DNA of 64,000 bases. Source: Acidobacteriota bacterium (GTDB lineage Bacteria; Acidobacteriota; UBA6911; RPQK01; JAJDTT01). Of the stretch, positions 9,848-19,726 are shown one piece after another. The translations under genes were made by a program, and so were the position numbers. The notes beneath the pieces are model-generated. The model searched no databases, was not told the DNA's origin, and saw only the letters and a program-made list of their open reading frames with translations. Where the stretch lies: contig OZ242374.1 of NCBI GenBank assembly GCA_965209055.1, positions 1,152,001-1,216,000 on the forward strand, written 5' to 3'. The number at the start of each line of letters is the position of its first letter. Within the stretch, counting starts at the first letter, position 1.

Positions 9848-10096
9848 ATGCAATCAACTGACATCACAGAAACCAAGACCCAGATTACCGCGCGCCTGCC
9901 GAATACGGTGGTCAGCGCGCTGGATGCAGCCGCCCGCCGTCTCAGGCGCAGCCGGGCGGAGGTCGTCCGCCGGGCGGTCGAGCGTTACCTCGAGGATTTC
10001 GACGATCTCTCCGCAGCCGTCGACCGGCTGCGGGACCCGAGCGATCCGGTGCTGGATTGGGACCAGGTCAGGCGTGATCTTCTCGATACGGATTAA
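9848..10096 (+). CDS. Ribbon-helix-helix antitoxin (RelB/CopG-like)
   Basis: ITARLP...RSRAEVVRRAVERYLED; overlaps relE. Confidence 0.85.
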   Translation: MQSTDITETKTQITARLPNTVVSALDAAARRLRRSRAEVVRRAVERYLEDFDDLSAAVDRLRDPSDPVLDWDQVRRDLLDTD

Positions 10097-10340
10097 GGCC
10101 AGCGCGGCCAAAGAGTTGAATCGGGTCGTCAAGCCGGACCAAAGACGGATTGTTGCGGCCATCGACCGCTTGGCGGAGAATCCTTTCCTCGGCAATGCGC
10201 TGAAAGGAGATATGCGGGGCCTCCGCCGGCTTCGCGTCGGGGATCACCGTGTCATTTACGAAGTGGGCGAATCGATCCTCGTCGTGCTGGTTGTCCGCGT
10301 CGCCCACCGCCGGGATGTCTACCGGCCAAGACCGGATTGA
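10074..10340 (+). CDS. relE: RelE/ParE family toxin
   Basis: GTG start; LRRLRVGDHRVIYEV...VLVVRVAHRRDVYR. Confidence 0.9.
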   Translation: MIFSIRIKASAAKELNRVVKPDQRRIVAAIDRLAENPFLGNALKGDMRGLRRLRVGDHRVIYEVGESILVVLVVRVAHRRDVYRPRPD

Positions 10341-10435
10341 AGACGGACCTTCGAGGAGGGGCGATTTCCAATCGCCCGTTCGTTGGTGGTAGATAGGCGC
10401 TCCGGATTCCGGCGGTTGGGAAACCGCCGCTCGTG

Positions 10436-10681
10436 TCAGACGGCGCCGCGGCCTGATCCCACGAAGTATTCCCGGAGCACGTCGAGAGTGCCTTCGGTGC
10501 GGGCCATGCGTTCCCCCAGCGAGACTTCCATCCGAGCCATGCGCTTCTCCAGCGAAACTTCGAGGTGGGACATGCGTTCGCGGATATCGGCGCGTTCCCG
10601 TGCGGCTGCGCGGGACTGCGTGAGGATGAGGCCGCCGAGTGTGATGGTGGCGGCGATGATTGCCATGAGTTCAAGGGTCAT
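10436..10681 (-). CDS. Small N-terminal-TM coiled-coil protein (family member 1 of 9)
   Basis: MTLELMAIIAATITLGGLIL + 11-residue repeats ending ERMARTEGTLDVLR. Confidence 0.75.
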   Translation of the reverse strand: MTLELMAIIAATITLGGLILTQSRAAARERADIRERMSHLEVSLEKRMARMEVSLGERMARTEGTLDVLREYFVGSGRGAV

Positions 10682-10720
10682 CGGACTGTTCCTTTCACTC
10701 ACTCTCCCCGATGCCCAATT

Positions 10721-11662
10721 TTACTCCGCCCCGCCAGGTGGATCAACAGGAGACCGGTGCGAGGGGCGTCGTCCGCCCTCCCGCAGACCCCGGTAGAAAC
10801 CCCCCGCCCAGACCGCCAGCCCCGCCGCCAACCCGGGAAGCCGCGCCAGGGCCTTCATCCACACCATATTATTAATAAGGAACAATCGCCCCATGATCAG
10901 GGGCAACCGCCACAGCGGAAGCGCCAGGCTCAGCGCCGGGCAATGCCGCAGCCACGAACCCGGCACGCGCTCCAGGGTCCGAAATCGCCCACTCCAATAC
11001 CCCAGGCGTCCGAGATGAACCCGGGCCCGGTCCCAAGCGACGTCGTTCGGGTGCCAGACCCCCGTCGACCCCTCGAAACAGAGCCGTCCTCCCCCGCGCC
11101 GCCCGATCTTCCGGCAGAGCATCAAGTCCTCCGCCATCTCCATTTCCTCGTCGAAGCCCCCGCAAGCCGCCAGGTCCGCCTTCCTGACCAGTAGATTGCA
11201 ACTGGACAGGGCGTCCCGATCTCCCGAAGCCAGCCCCGGCAGGAACGACGAGAACTCGATCCAATGCAGCACCTGGCCCGCCGCGCCGGTCCCCGGCGGG
11301 AGCCCCACCCACCCCGAAACCATGGCGATCCGTTCCGAGGACAGCAGGCGGGCATGAAGCGTCTCCAGCCACCCGGCCTCCGGGACCGCATCCGCGTCGA
11401 CAAAAGCCAGCACGGCGCCGCGCGCCTCCGCCGCCCCCCGGTTCCGCGCCGCCCCCGGAAACAGCCGTCCCTCCCGAGACACCACCCGGACCCCGGGAAA
11501 TCGCCCCTCGAGCCGCCGCGCCGCCTCGTCTCCCCCCGACTCCACCACCAGGACCTCGAAATCCAGTGACGTCTCCTGAGCTTCCAAGGCCTCCAACAGC
11601 CGGGGCAGCAACTCGGCATGCCCGTAGCAAGGAATGACCACACTGACCGCCGGACCTCTCAT
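10721..11662 (-). CDS. Glycosyltransferase family 2
   Basis: VSVVIPCY, AARNRG, FVDAD, GGFDE..AED. Confidence 0.9.
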   Translation of the reverse strand: MRGPAVSVVIPCYGHAELLPRLLEALEAQETSLDFEVLVVESGGDEAARRLEGRFPGVRVVSREGRLFPGAARNRGAAEARGAVLAFVDADAVPEAGWLETLHARLLSSERIAMVSGWVGLPPGTGAAGQVLHWIEFSSFLPGLASGDRDALSSCNLLVRKADLAACGGFDEEMEMAEDLMLCRKIGRRGGGRLCFEGSTGVWHPNDVAWDRARVHLGRLGYWSGRFRTLERVPGSWLRHCPALSLALPLWRLPLIMGRLFLINNMVWMKALARLPGLAAGLAVWAGGFYRGLREGGRRPSHRSPVDPPGGAE

Positions 11663-11832
11663 CACACCGGAATCGTAACAGGAGCGACGGAGCGACGACT
11701 TTCCAGTCGCCAAGGGAGCGGAGCGACCCAATTCGTCAACGTTCCTTCCTCATTTTCCTTCGTTACTTTTTCTCCTTTCTCCGTTATGGAATGAGTCGCC
11801 TTCACCATCTGCCGCAAACCTTGCGGGGGAAC

Positions 11833-12478
11833 GGGGCGGCGGTTTCCCAACCGCCGATTCCCGAGCAGGAGGAGCACAGGAGCGCAGCCGGGCGATTAGG
11901 AAATCGCCCTTCCAAACACTGGGGCGGGGGCGGCGGTTTCCCAACCGCCGATTCCCGAGCAGGAGGAGCACAGGAGCGCAGCCGGGCGATTAGGAAATCG
12001 CCCTTCCAAACACTGGGGCGGGGGCGGCGGTTTCCCAACCGCCGATTCCCGAGCAGCGGGAGACCAGGAGCGCAGCCGGGCGATTAGGAAACCGCCCTTC
12101 CAAACACTGGGACGGGGGCGGCGGTTTCCCAACCGCCGATTCCCAAGCAGCAGGAGAACAGGCGCCGTACCGGGCGATTAGGAAATCGCCCTTCCAAACA
12201 CTGGGGCGGGGGCGGCGGTTTCCTAACCGCCGATTCCCAAGCAGCAGGAGAACAGGAGCGCAGCCGGGCGATTAGGAAACCGCCCTTCCAAACACCGGGG
12301 CGGGGGCGGCGGTTTCCCAACCGCCGATTCCCGAGCAGCAGGAGAACAGGAGCGATGCCGGGCGATTAGGAAATCGCCCTTCCAAACACTGGGGCGGGGG
12401 CGGCGGTTTCCTAACCGCCGATTCCCGAGCAGCAGGAGAACAGGCGCCGTACCGGGCGATTAGGAAATCGCCCTTCCA
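11833..12478. repeat. Tandem array of seven 94-bp REP-doublet units
   Basis: Unit starts 11837, 11931 ... 12401; each has hairpins GGCGGTTTCC(C/T)AACCGCC and GGGCGATTAGGAAATCGCCC. Confidence 0.92.
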
Positions 12479-12495
12479 ATCGCCTTCCCTCTCCC

Positions 12496-15400
12496 CTATC
12501 GACTCCAATCCTCCTCCGCCGGAATCCCGCGACTCGTCAGCACTTCCATTCCCGGCTCCACCGCCAACGCGGACACGGCATCGACCCCGCTCCCGTCCCC
12601 TGCCGCCGGACCCCGAAAAATCCCCCGGATCTCCCCTGTCCGCGGATCCCGCAGGATGCTCACCGGCCGGTCGGTCTCCTCATCCAACCTGGCCGACCCT
12701 CCCGGCCCCGACAGCGTGATGCCGGCCAACTCGCCGGCCCATCCGGCCCGGACGGGCAGAACAAACGCGAACGACGACCTCCCGTCCCCGTCGGCCAGCT
12801 CCGGCATGGCGAAGCTCAACGAAAACAACTCCTCCCCGTCCCCATCCTTCCCCGTAATCTCATACTCCCCGCCGGACCGCGGAAGCCGCGCCGGAGCATC
12901 CACCACGAACGCCGGCTCCAGGTACGGAGTCCCGTCGGACCCGACGCCGCCCCAAAGCAGGAGGCTCTTCGCCGGCGCCGCCACCAGCGCGGACCCCTCG
13001 GCGCTGCCTGCGGCGTACAAGCGGTAACGGAGCGCGTTGGTGAAGTGATAAGCGCCGATCCACTGGGCCTCGGTGCGGCAGTAGGCCATCAGATCCGGCC
13101 AGACCGGCGGAAACACCCGCCCAGGCTCGATGAGATCGTATCCCCAGTCGCCGATGGAACCGTCCATCTGCGGAAACGCCGGATCCAGCGCGGCCGGCGC
13201 GCCGCAGGGCGCATGGGCCAGGCTCAAGTTGTGGCCCAGCTCATGCGCCATGATCACCGGATGGGGTATGGAGAAACTGATCAGGCCGGGTCGTTGGCCC
13301 AAACCGGCGAGACCACCGGTGAACTCGCCTCCAATCGTGCCCATGTAGTACCCACCAGCCCCTTCCATGGCATGGATGATTGCGGTTTCGCCGAACAGCG
13401 ACACGGGGTCGTTGGTCGAGGTCGACACGGGCGCATGGGCCTTGACGTCGAGTTCCTTGATGGGCAGCAGCGCCCGTGTCTCCTTGAGCAGGGGATGGCC
13501 CCCGGGGTCACGGGCCATGCCTTCGGCCAATTCCACGATCGACGAATCCGGATTCTCATCCCATAGGAATGGAATCACGGTCAGATCGAAGACCGGCATC
13601 GTCCGGACGTCGACCGCCAGGCGGCCGCTCTCCGGGATCCGCTTCGTCACGCCCGCATCGGGACCCGGCGTTCCCTCCGGGTCGACGTCGATCACCATCT
13701 CCAATCCCGGTTGCACCACCGAACCGGGCACCAGAACGTTGGCGGAGGCGTTCAGATCCCCTTTGTAAAACTCTCCCGGTATCGGAACCGGCTTCCCCGG
13801 AATGTCCACCACGTGCGTCATCGTCCCGTTCCGATAAAAAGTGGCCCGGACCGGAGGGAGATCCGACCCGGTCCCGCGGTCCGGTTCCACGAACACCCGG
13901 AGCAGGGCTTCCTCTCCCGCCACCAGCGGCACCGGGAATTCTCGCGACTGGACGGCCTGAGTCAGGATCACGTCCGGCGGATCGCCGGCGCCGCAGATCC
14001 CGATCCGCCGTTTCCAGACGCCGGACAGCCAATCCTGAAACCCGGCGTCCGAAGGCGCGCAGAGGTTCGCGCCGTGGGCCAGAAGTTCCTCCAGCCGGCC
14101 CAGATCCGTCAGCCGGGCGGGCAACGCTCCGGTCATCCCGCCGTTATTCGAGAGCACGATGCTGCGCAAACTCTCCAAGCCACCGAATTCCGGCGGCACG
14201 GCGCCCGTCAGTTCATTGTCCTGCATCCGAAGGAACTCCAGCCTGGTCAGTCTCCCCAGTTCCGGCGGGACGGCGCCCGTCAGGGCGTTCCCTTCGAACC
14301 ACAGCCCTTCCAGGTTCTCGAGGGCGCCCAGTTCCGGCGGGATGGAGCCGGTCAGATCATTCCAGGCGAGGTCCAGCGTCTTCAGGCTGGCGAGCGACCC
14401 CAACACCGCCGGGATCGTTCCCGTCAAGCCGTTGGCCCGGAGCCACAGGCTCTCCAGGTTGGCGAGTGCGCCGAGTTCCGGGGGAATCGGGCCGGACAGG
14501 GAGTTTCCCCTGATCCACAAATTCCTCAAGTTCGTGAGCGAGCCCAACTCCGGCGGGATGGAGCCGGTCAGGCCGTTCCCGTCCAGGTTCAGGTCCGTCA
14601 GGTTGGCGAGCGACCCCAACTCTGCCGGGATCCCTCCCGTCAACATGTTGCCGAAGAGCCGCGACGTCTCCAGGTTGGAGAGTGCGCCCAGTTCCGGCGG
14701 GATCGGCCCGGTCAGCCGGTTGTAGTTGAGGTTCAGGTGGATGAGCTCGGCGAGCGAGCCGAGTTCCGGCGGGATGGGACCCGTCAAGGCATTGTAGCCG
14801 AGATTCAGATCCGTCAAGCGGGTGAGCGAGACCAGCTCCACCGGGATCGTTCCCGTCAAGTTGTTGTTCGAGAGATACAACGTAACCACGCGCCCGTCGT
14901 CGTCGACTCCGACGCGGCGCCATTCCTCCAGGGGACGGTCCGTCATCCAGTTATCCCGCTCGGTCCAGTGCGGACCCCCGGTCGCATCGAACAGCACCGA
15001 CAGGATTTCCCGGTCCGACGGAGGCGGACAATCCGTGCCTGTCCCCTCGTGAGACGGTATGCCGCTCATCCACGCCCGGAACGATTCCCCGGCCGGGACA
15101 CAGAGATCGGTGTCCGCGTAGTGGAAGTCCTGAAGCGAAGTGAGTGAAGACAGGGACATGGGCAGGCGGCCGGAGAGGGCGTTGCCGCCGATCCTCAGCT
15201 CGGTCATCTGCCGCAAACTCCCCAAGTTGCCGGGAACCCGCCCCTCCAGTCCGTTGCCGGCCAGGTCGAGCGCCGTGACCCGGCCCTGGGAATCGACGCT
15301 GACGCCGTGCCATTCTCCCAACGTTCCTTCTCCGCGCCACCCGTCCGAGTTCGTCCAGTCCGGGCCGCCGGTGATTTCGAAGAACGCCTCCAGCACCGCC

Positions 15401-18330
15401 CTGTCCGACTCGTTGCAGTACGCCCTGCCGTGAAGCACCTCGATTTCGCTCGACCAAGCCGTGAAATCGGGGCTTCCGGGTATGCAGAGACCTGCGTTCC
15501 TTTCAATCCGGAACTCCTCCAGGTCCATCGCCAAGAGGCTTTCCGGCAGCGGTCCGGTCAGGCGGTTCCAGTCCAGAAACAGGAACCGCAGTCCGGCAGC
15601 CGACCCCAGTTCAGTTGGAACCGGTCCGGTCAGGCGGTTGAGGCGTAGAGACAAGTTCCACAGCTTGGCCAGCGCACCGAGTTCGGGCGGGATCGCATCC
15701 GTCAACTGATTGCGGGAAAGCCACAAATGCTCCAATTCGGCGAGCGAGCCCAATTCCGGCGGGATCGAGCCCGTCAGTCTGTTGCGGTCGAGTCTGAGGG
15801 TATTCAAGTTGGCGAGATCGCCCAGTTGAGGCGGAATCGAACCCACCAGAAAATTGTTCTGGAGCGACAATTGCTCCAGTTTGGCGAGAGCGCCCATGCC
15901 TGGCGGGACGGGACCGGTGAGGGCGTTGTCGCTCAGGTCGAGGGTCCTCAAGTTTGAAAGTGAATTCAGCTTCACCGGAATCGGGCCGGTGAGGAAGTTG
16001 CTCTGCAGGCTGAAAGACGTCGCCTCGGCCAGTGAACCGAGTTCGGGCGGGATCGGCCCCGTCAGGTTGTTTCCATTCAGACCGAGGCTCGTCAGGTTGC
16101 CGAGGGACCCCAGTCCCGGTGGTATCCGCCCGGAGAGGTGATTGTCGTTGAGACTGAGAAGTTCCAGGTTGGCGAGCGAACCCAGGCCGGACGGGATCGG
16201 CCCCGTCAGGGCATTTCCCCCGAGCTCCAGGGTTTCCAATCTGACGAGGGACCCCAGTTGAGGCGGGATCGGCCCGGTCAACTCATTGTTCCCGAGCGCG
16301 AGAGACGTCAGGTTGACGAGCGAACCCAGTTCCGCCGGGACCGGTCCCGTCAGGGCATTGCCGCTGAGATCGAGGGTCGTCAGGTGAGTCAGGGCGCCCA
16401 GTTCCGGCGGGAACTCGCCCGCCAGCCCATTGTCCCTGAGGACCAACCGGGTGACGCGCCCCCCGGCATCGACATCCACCCCGTGCCATTCCCCGAGCGG
16501 ACGGCCGGTCCCCCAGTTCCCGCTGTCGGTCCACCCGGACCCGCCGGCGAACTCGTAGAGCGCCGTCAACGCGGCCTGCTCGGAAACCACCACCCCCACC
16601 GTGACCGACGCCGTCTGCGTCCGTCCGACGGCGTCGCGCACGGTGATCCGATACGTCGTCGTGGCCCGCGGCGACACCGGCCGCGATCCCGACGCCGGCA
16701 CCGCACCGATGTCCGGCGTGATCTCCGCACCCACCGCGTTCGTCGAAGACCAGGTCAACGTGGCGCTCTCACCCCAATCGATGGAACCCGGCGAAACCGA
16801 CAGCTTCACCGTCGGGGGAGGCGCCACGCCTCCGCTGGCCCCGTCTCCGTCCATGACCCGCACCGCCGGCACCGACGAGAGCGAATGGCTCGTCTTTCCG
16901 AACCGCAGTCCCAGTGGAGCGAATTGCGAATCGTCCTCGCTTCGAAGGAACAGCAGACCCCGAAAGTCCGCCAGGAACCCCGTATCCACTCCTTCCGCGC
17001 CGAGCCATTCCGGGAGCGTTCGCGCCAGTTGCCGAAAGTTTCCGTGGTTGATGAACACCCCCTCCAACGGGTCGTTCCCCTCTTCATCCCGAACCCGTAG
17101 CTCCACGGTCGAAGCGGCGTCCGGTTTGAAGATGGCCACTCCGGCGCCGATCGCCGGCGACTCCTCCACGAACAGGGCGAACTGGCTTCCCAGCTCCACC
17201 GGTTGCACGCTCACCTCAACACCCGTCCCGGCCTGCCGGTAGGTCAACAACCCGCTGACCGCCGCCGACTCGGACTCCACCTCGATCCAGCCCCGCCGGA
17301 TCGCCCCGGCGCCGGCGCTCTTCAGCACCCGGCTGCCCAACGACGGAATCAGGAACGCCGGTTCCACATCGAACAGATCCCGGACCGGCCGGCCCTCCTC
17401 GTCGAAGACTTCCACGATCACCGACGCAGAGGCTTCCGCGGCGATGTTGCTGAGCGCCAACTGCACCGACCAGCCGCTTCCGTCCACGTAGTCCGGAAAG
17501 TAAAGGGTCGTCTCCGTCGGTTCCTGCGCCTCGTCCCGGATCGCCGGCACCGACGAGAGTGATTGGTTCCGCTTTCCGAACCGCAGCCCCAGCGGAGCAA
17601 ATCTCGACTCGTCCTCGCCACTCAGGAACAAAAGACCCCGGAAGTCCCTCAGGGATTCCCGGTCGATCCCCTCCACGTCGAACCATTCGGGCAGCGTGCG
17701 CGCCAACTGGTGAAAGTTCCCGTGGGACACGATCCCCCCGTCCAGCGGGTTGTTCCCCTCTTCGTCCCGGACCCGGAACTGGATGCTCGACGACGCCTCC
17801 GGTTTGAAGACCGCCACTCCCGCTCCGACTTCGTCCGTCTCCTCCACGAACAGCGCGAAACGCCCGCCCAGCCCGGCCGGCTCCACGCTCACCTCGATCC
17901 CCGTCGTTCCCTCCTTGTAGGTCAACAGTCCGCTGACCGAGTCCGCACGGGCGCGGACCTGGATCCAGCCGCGCCGAATCTCCCCCGCGCCCGAGCTCCT
18001 CAAAACCCAGCTGCCCAAGGCGGGAATCTCGAAAGTCAAACCCGACTCGAACAGATCCGGTACGGGCCGGCCCTCCTCGTCGTAGACCTCAACCACAACC
18101 TCGGCTCCCGCATCCGGATCGACATTGCTGAGCGCCAACTGCACCGACCATCCGCCACCGTCCACATAGTCGGGAAAGTAGAGAACCGTCTCCTCCGCTT
18201 CCTGATTCTGATTCCGGATCGTCTCCCGGACTTGGAGTTGGGCCTTCTCCGGCCCCTCGGCAGGCGACTGACTCGAAAACGAGGCCGCTAAAAACAAAAA
18301 GGCAAACAACGGAACCAAAATCTTCCTCAT
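12496..18330 (-). CDS. Giant secreted LRR protein with duplicated N-terminal surface module and C-terminal zinc metalloprotease
   Basis: Signal peptide; two LYFPDYVDG.GWSVQLALSN modules; many 24-aa LxxNxLTGxIPxELGxL repeats; HELGHNLSLAH. Confidence 0.88.
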   Translation of the reverse strand: MRKILVPLFAFLFLAASFSSQSPAEGPEKAQLQVRETIRNQNQEAEETVLYFPDYVDGGGWSVQLALSNVDPDAGAEVVVEVYDEEGRPVPDLFESGLTFEIPALGSWVLRSSGAGEIRRGWIQVRARADSVSGLLTYKEGTTGIEVSVEPAGLGGRFALFVEETDEVGAGVAVFKPEASSSIQFRVRDEEGNNPLDGGIVSHGNFHQLARTLPEWFDVEGIDRESLRDFRGLLFLSGEDESRFAPLGLRFGKRNQSLSSVPAIRDEAQEPTETTLYFPDYVDGSGWSVQLALSNIAAEASASVIVEVFDEEGRPVRDLFDVEPAFLIPSLGSRVLKSAGAGAIRRGWIEVESESAAVSGLLTYRQAGTGVEVSVQPVELGSQFALFVEESPAIGAGVAIFKPDAASTVELRVRDEEGNDPLEGVFINHGNFRQLARTLPEWLGAEGVDTGFLADFRGLLFLRSEDDSQFAPLGLRFGKTSHSLSSVPAVRVMDGDGASGGVAPPPTVKLSVSPGSIDWGESATLTWSSTNAVGAEITPDIGAVPASGSRPVSPRATTTYRITVRDAVGRTQTASVTVGVVVSEQAALTALYEFAGGSGWTDSGNWGTGRPLGEWHGVDVDAGGRVTRLVLRDNGLAGEFPPELGALTHLTTLDLSGNALTGPVPAELGSLVNLTSLALGNNELTGPIPPQLGSLVRLETLELGGNALTGPIPSGLGSLANLELLSLNDNHLSGRIPPGLGSLGNLTSLGLNGNNLTGPIPPELGSLAEATSFSLQSNFLTGPIPVKLNSLSNLRTLDLSDNALTGPVPPGMGALAKLEQLSLQNNFLVGSIPPQLGDLANLNTLRLDRNRLTGSIPPELGSLAELEHLWLSRNQLTDAIPPELGALAKLWNLSLRLNRLTGPVPTELGSAAGLRFLFLDWNRLTGPLPESLLAMDLEEFRIERNAGLCIPGSPDFTAWSSEIEVLHGRAYCNESDRAVLEAFFEITGGPDWTNSDGWRGEGTLGEWHGVSVDSQGRVTALDLAGNGLEGRVPGNLGSLRQMTELRIGGNALSGRLPMSLSSLTSLQDFHYADTDLCVPAGESFRAWMSGIPSHEGTGTDCPPPSDREILSVLFDATGGPHWTERDNWMTDRPLEEWRRVGVDDDGRVVTLYLSNNNLTGTIPVELVSLTRLTDLNLGYNALTGPIPPELGSLAELIHLNLNYNRLTGPIPPELGALSNLETSRLFGNMLTGGIPAELGSLANLTDLNLDGNGLTGSIPPELGSLTNLRNLWIRGNSLSGPIPPELGALANLESLWLRANGLTGTIPAVLGSLASLKTLDLAWNDLTGSIPPELGALENLEGLWFEGNALTGAVPPELGRLTRLEFLRMQDNELTGAVPPEFGGLESLRSIVLSNNGGMTGALPARLTDLGRLEELLAHGANLCAPSDAGFQDWLSGVWKRRIGICGAGDPPDVILTQAVQSREFPVPLVAGEEALLRVFVEPDRGTGSDLPPVRATFYRNGTMTHVVDIPGKPVPIPGEFYKGDLNASANVLVPGSVVQPGLEMVIDVDPEGTPGPDAGVTKRIPESGRLAVDVRTMPVFDLTVIPFLWDENPDSSIVELAEGMARDPGGHPLLKETRALLPIKELDVKAHAPVSTSTNDPVSLFGETAIIHAMEGAGGYYMGTIGGEFTGGLAGLGQRPGLISFSIPHPVIMAHELGHNLSLAHAPCGAPAALDPAFPQMDGSIGDWGYDLIEPGRVFPPVWPDLMAYCRTEAQWIGAYHFTNALRYRLYAAGSAEGSALVAAPAKSLLLWGGVGSDGTPYLEPAFVVDAPARLPRSGGEYEITGKDGDGEELFSLSFAMPELADGDGRSSFAFVLPVRAGWAGELAGITLSGPGGSARLDEETDRPVSILRDPRTGEIRGIFRGPAAGDGSGVDAVSALAVEPGMEVLTSRGIPAEEDWSR

Positions 18331-18384
18331 TTCAATACTCTCGACATCAAGACTCTCCCCTGGGAGTATCCATGTTGCAAGGGG

Positions 18385-18690
18385 TGGGTTCTCATCGGTG
18401 ATTCCATCCCGGGTCGTTAGTCAGTGAGGTGTCCGGTTTCCTGTTGGCATGTGATCTGTCCGGTTCACTGGGCGCGGATACGCCCTGGGGAGCCTCGGGT
18501 CAAGCCTACGGCTCCTCCGCTTCGCTGCGGCCCTTCGGGTGACCCGACGCTCCCCAGGGCGTGAAGAGCTTTCAAGGCCGTAAGCAAGCTTCCGGCCAGG
18601 CCTGACCGGAAGTTCTACAGATCATTCCTCGGGGGACCCGTCACGCCCCCTTTCCTCCTCATCTCGCTCCGTCGCTTCAGCAGACCACAC
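18385..18690. mobile_element. Putative 306-bp non-autonomous insert (MITE-like) within the IS110 3' end
   Basis: Flanked by GGGG direct repeats; repeated TGTCCGGTT (18430, 18457); 14-bp perfect stem 18480-18562; terminal IR weak. Confidence 0.45.
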
Positions 18691-19624
18691 GGGGCGCTTC
18701 GGGCAACCAGGTGCGGTCCTGACTCACCAGGGTGTTGGCTAGGACGATGAGCTTGCGCATGACGGCGACCAGGGCCACCTTGCCGGGCTTGCCACGCCCG
18801 GTCAGTCTCCCATAGACCTCGGCCAGGTCGCGGTTCCAGCGCAGGGCGGCCACCGCCGGCATGTACAGGAGCCGTCGCGCCCGCGCTCGTCCGCCCCGGA
18901 TGAAGGCCCGTCCCTGCCAAGCCCCCGACTCGCGAGGAACGGCGGCCAACCCGGCCAGACTGGCGACGGCCTTACCGCTCAGGGTGCCCAGCTCCGGCAT
19001 CTCGGCCAGTAGACCCGCGGCGGTGGTGGCCGCGATCCCGGGAATGGAGGTCAGGATCTCCCACTTGCGCGCCCGCTCCGGATCGGCCGCGATCAGTTGC
19101 TGTATTTTTCGGTCAATGGCCTTCGCCTGGCGCTCGAACAGGTTGATCTGGGTCTGGTTCTGCCGCTTGGGCAGGGGATCGCGCAAATGGGCGCGGCGGT
19201 TCAGCGCGGCCGTGCGCTGGCGCATCAGCGCGTCCCGGCACCCCTGCAGTTCCTGGAGCCGGCGTTGCGTCTTGGACGGCGCCGGGGTCCGGCGCGGATC
19301 CAGGCTGGCCCCCATCTGGGCCAGCATCCGGGCGTCTACGGTGTCGGTCTTCGCGCGGCTCCCGGTCGCCTGAGCAAAACACCGGGCCTGCCAGGGATTC
19401 ACTCTCGACAGCGGCAGCTTCGCTTTCCACAGCGCTTCCTCGAGGTTCCGGTGATAGGGGCCGGTGGCCTCGTAGGCGACGCACTCGACCGGAGTTCCGA
19501 TCCAATCGATCAGCGCCCGGAAGCCGGCCGGGTCATTGTCGAACCGGGCGGATCGGCCGTCGGCCAGCCGGTGGGCGTCCAGGTGCGCTTTCGAGATGTC
19601 GATGCCTACGGTATGCTGTTTCAT
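18677..19624 (-). CDS. IS110 family recombinase/transposase
   Basis: VGIDISK, YEATGPY, AKTD.VDA (DEDD) and SIPGI...AGLAAV.RESG motifs. Confidence 0.95.
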   Translation of the reverse strand: MKQHTVGIDISKAHLDAHRLADGRSARFDNDPAGFRALIDWIGTPVECVAYEATGPYHRNLEEALWKAKLPLSRVNPWQARCFAQATGSRAKTDTVDARMLAQMGASLDPRRTPAPSKTQRRLQELQGCRDALMRQRTAALNRRAHLRDPLPKRQNQTQINLFERQAKAIDRKIQQLIAADPERARKWEILTSIPGIAATTAAGLLAEMPELGTLSGKAVASLAGLAAVPRESGAWQGRAFIRGGRARARRLLYMPAVAALRWNRDLAEVYGRLTGRGKPGKVALVAVMRKLIVLANTLVSQDRTWLPEAPRVVC

Positions 19625-19726
19625 CTTTCCGGTCTCCTATGCTTGTCATTCGGGCCTTGATGCCCTCGTATCCATTCAGGACATCGGGAAAGACGGTGGC
19701 CGACCTTACTCCACATCCGGATCTAA

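Noticed and set aside
11833-12478. CRISPR array
   Set aside because: Intervening sequences are near-identical rather than unique spacers, the unit is a REP doublet, and no cas genes are present; same for 39071-39600
11662-12508. Short repeated ORFs (MGNRRPRP..., and METAAPGG... at 39.1-39.6 kb)
   Set aside because: Translation artefacts of GC-rich REP arrays, with no RBS or protein-like composition
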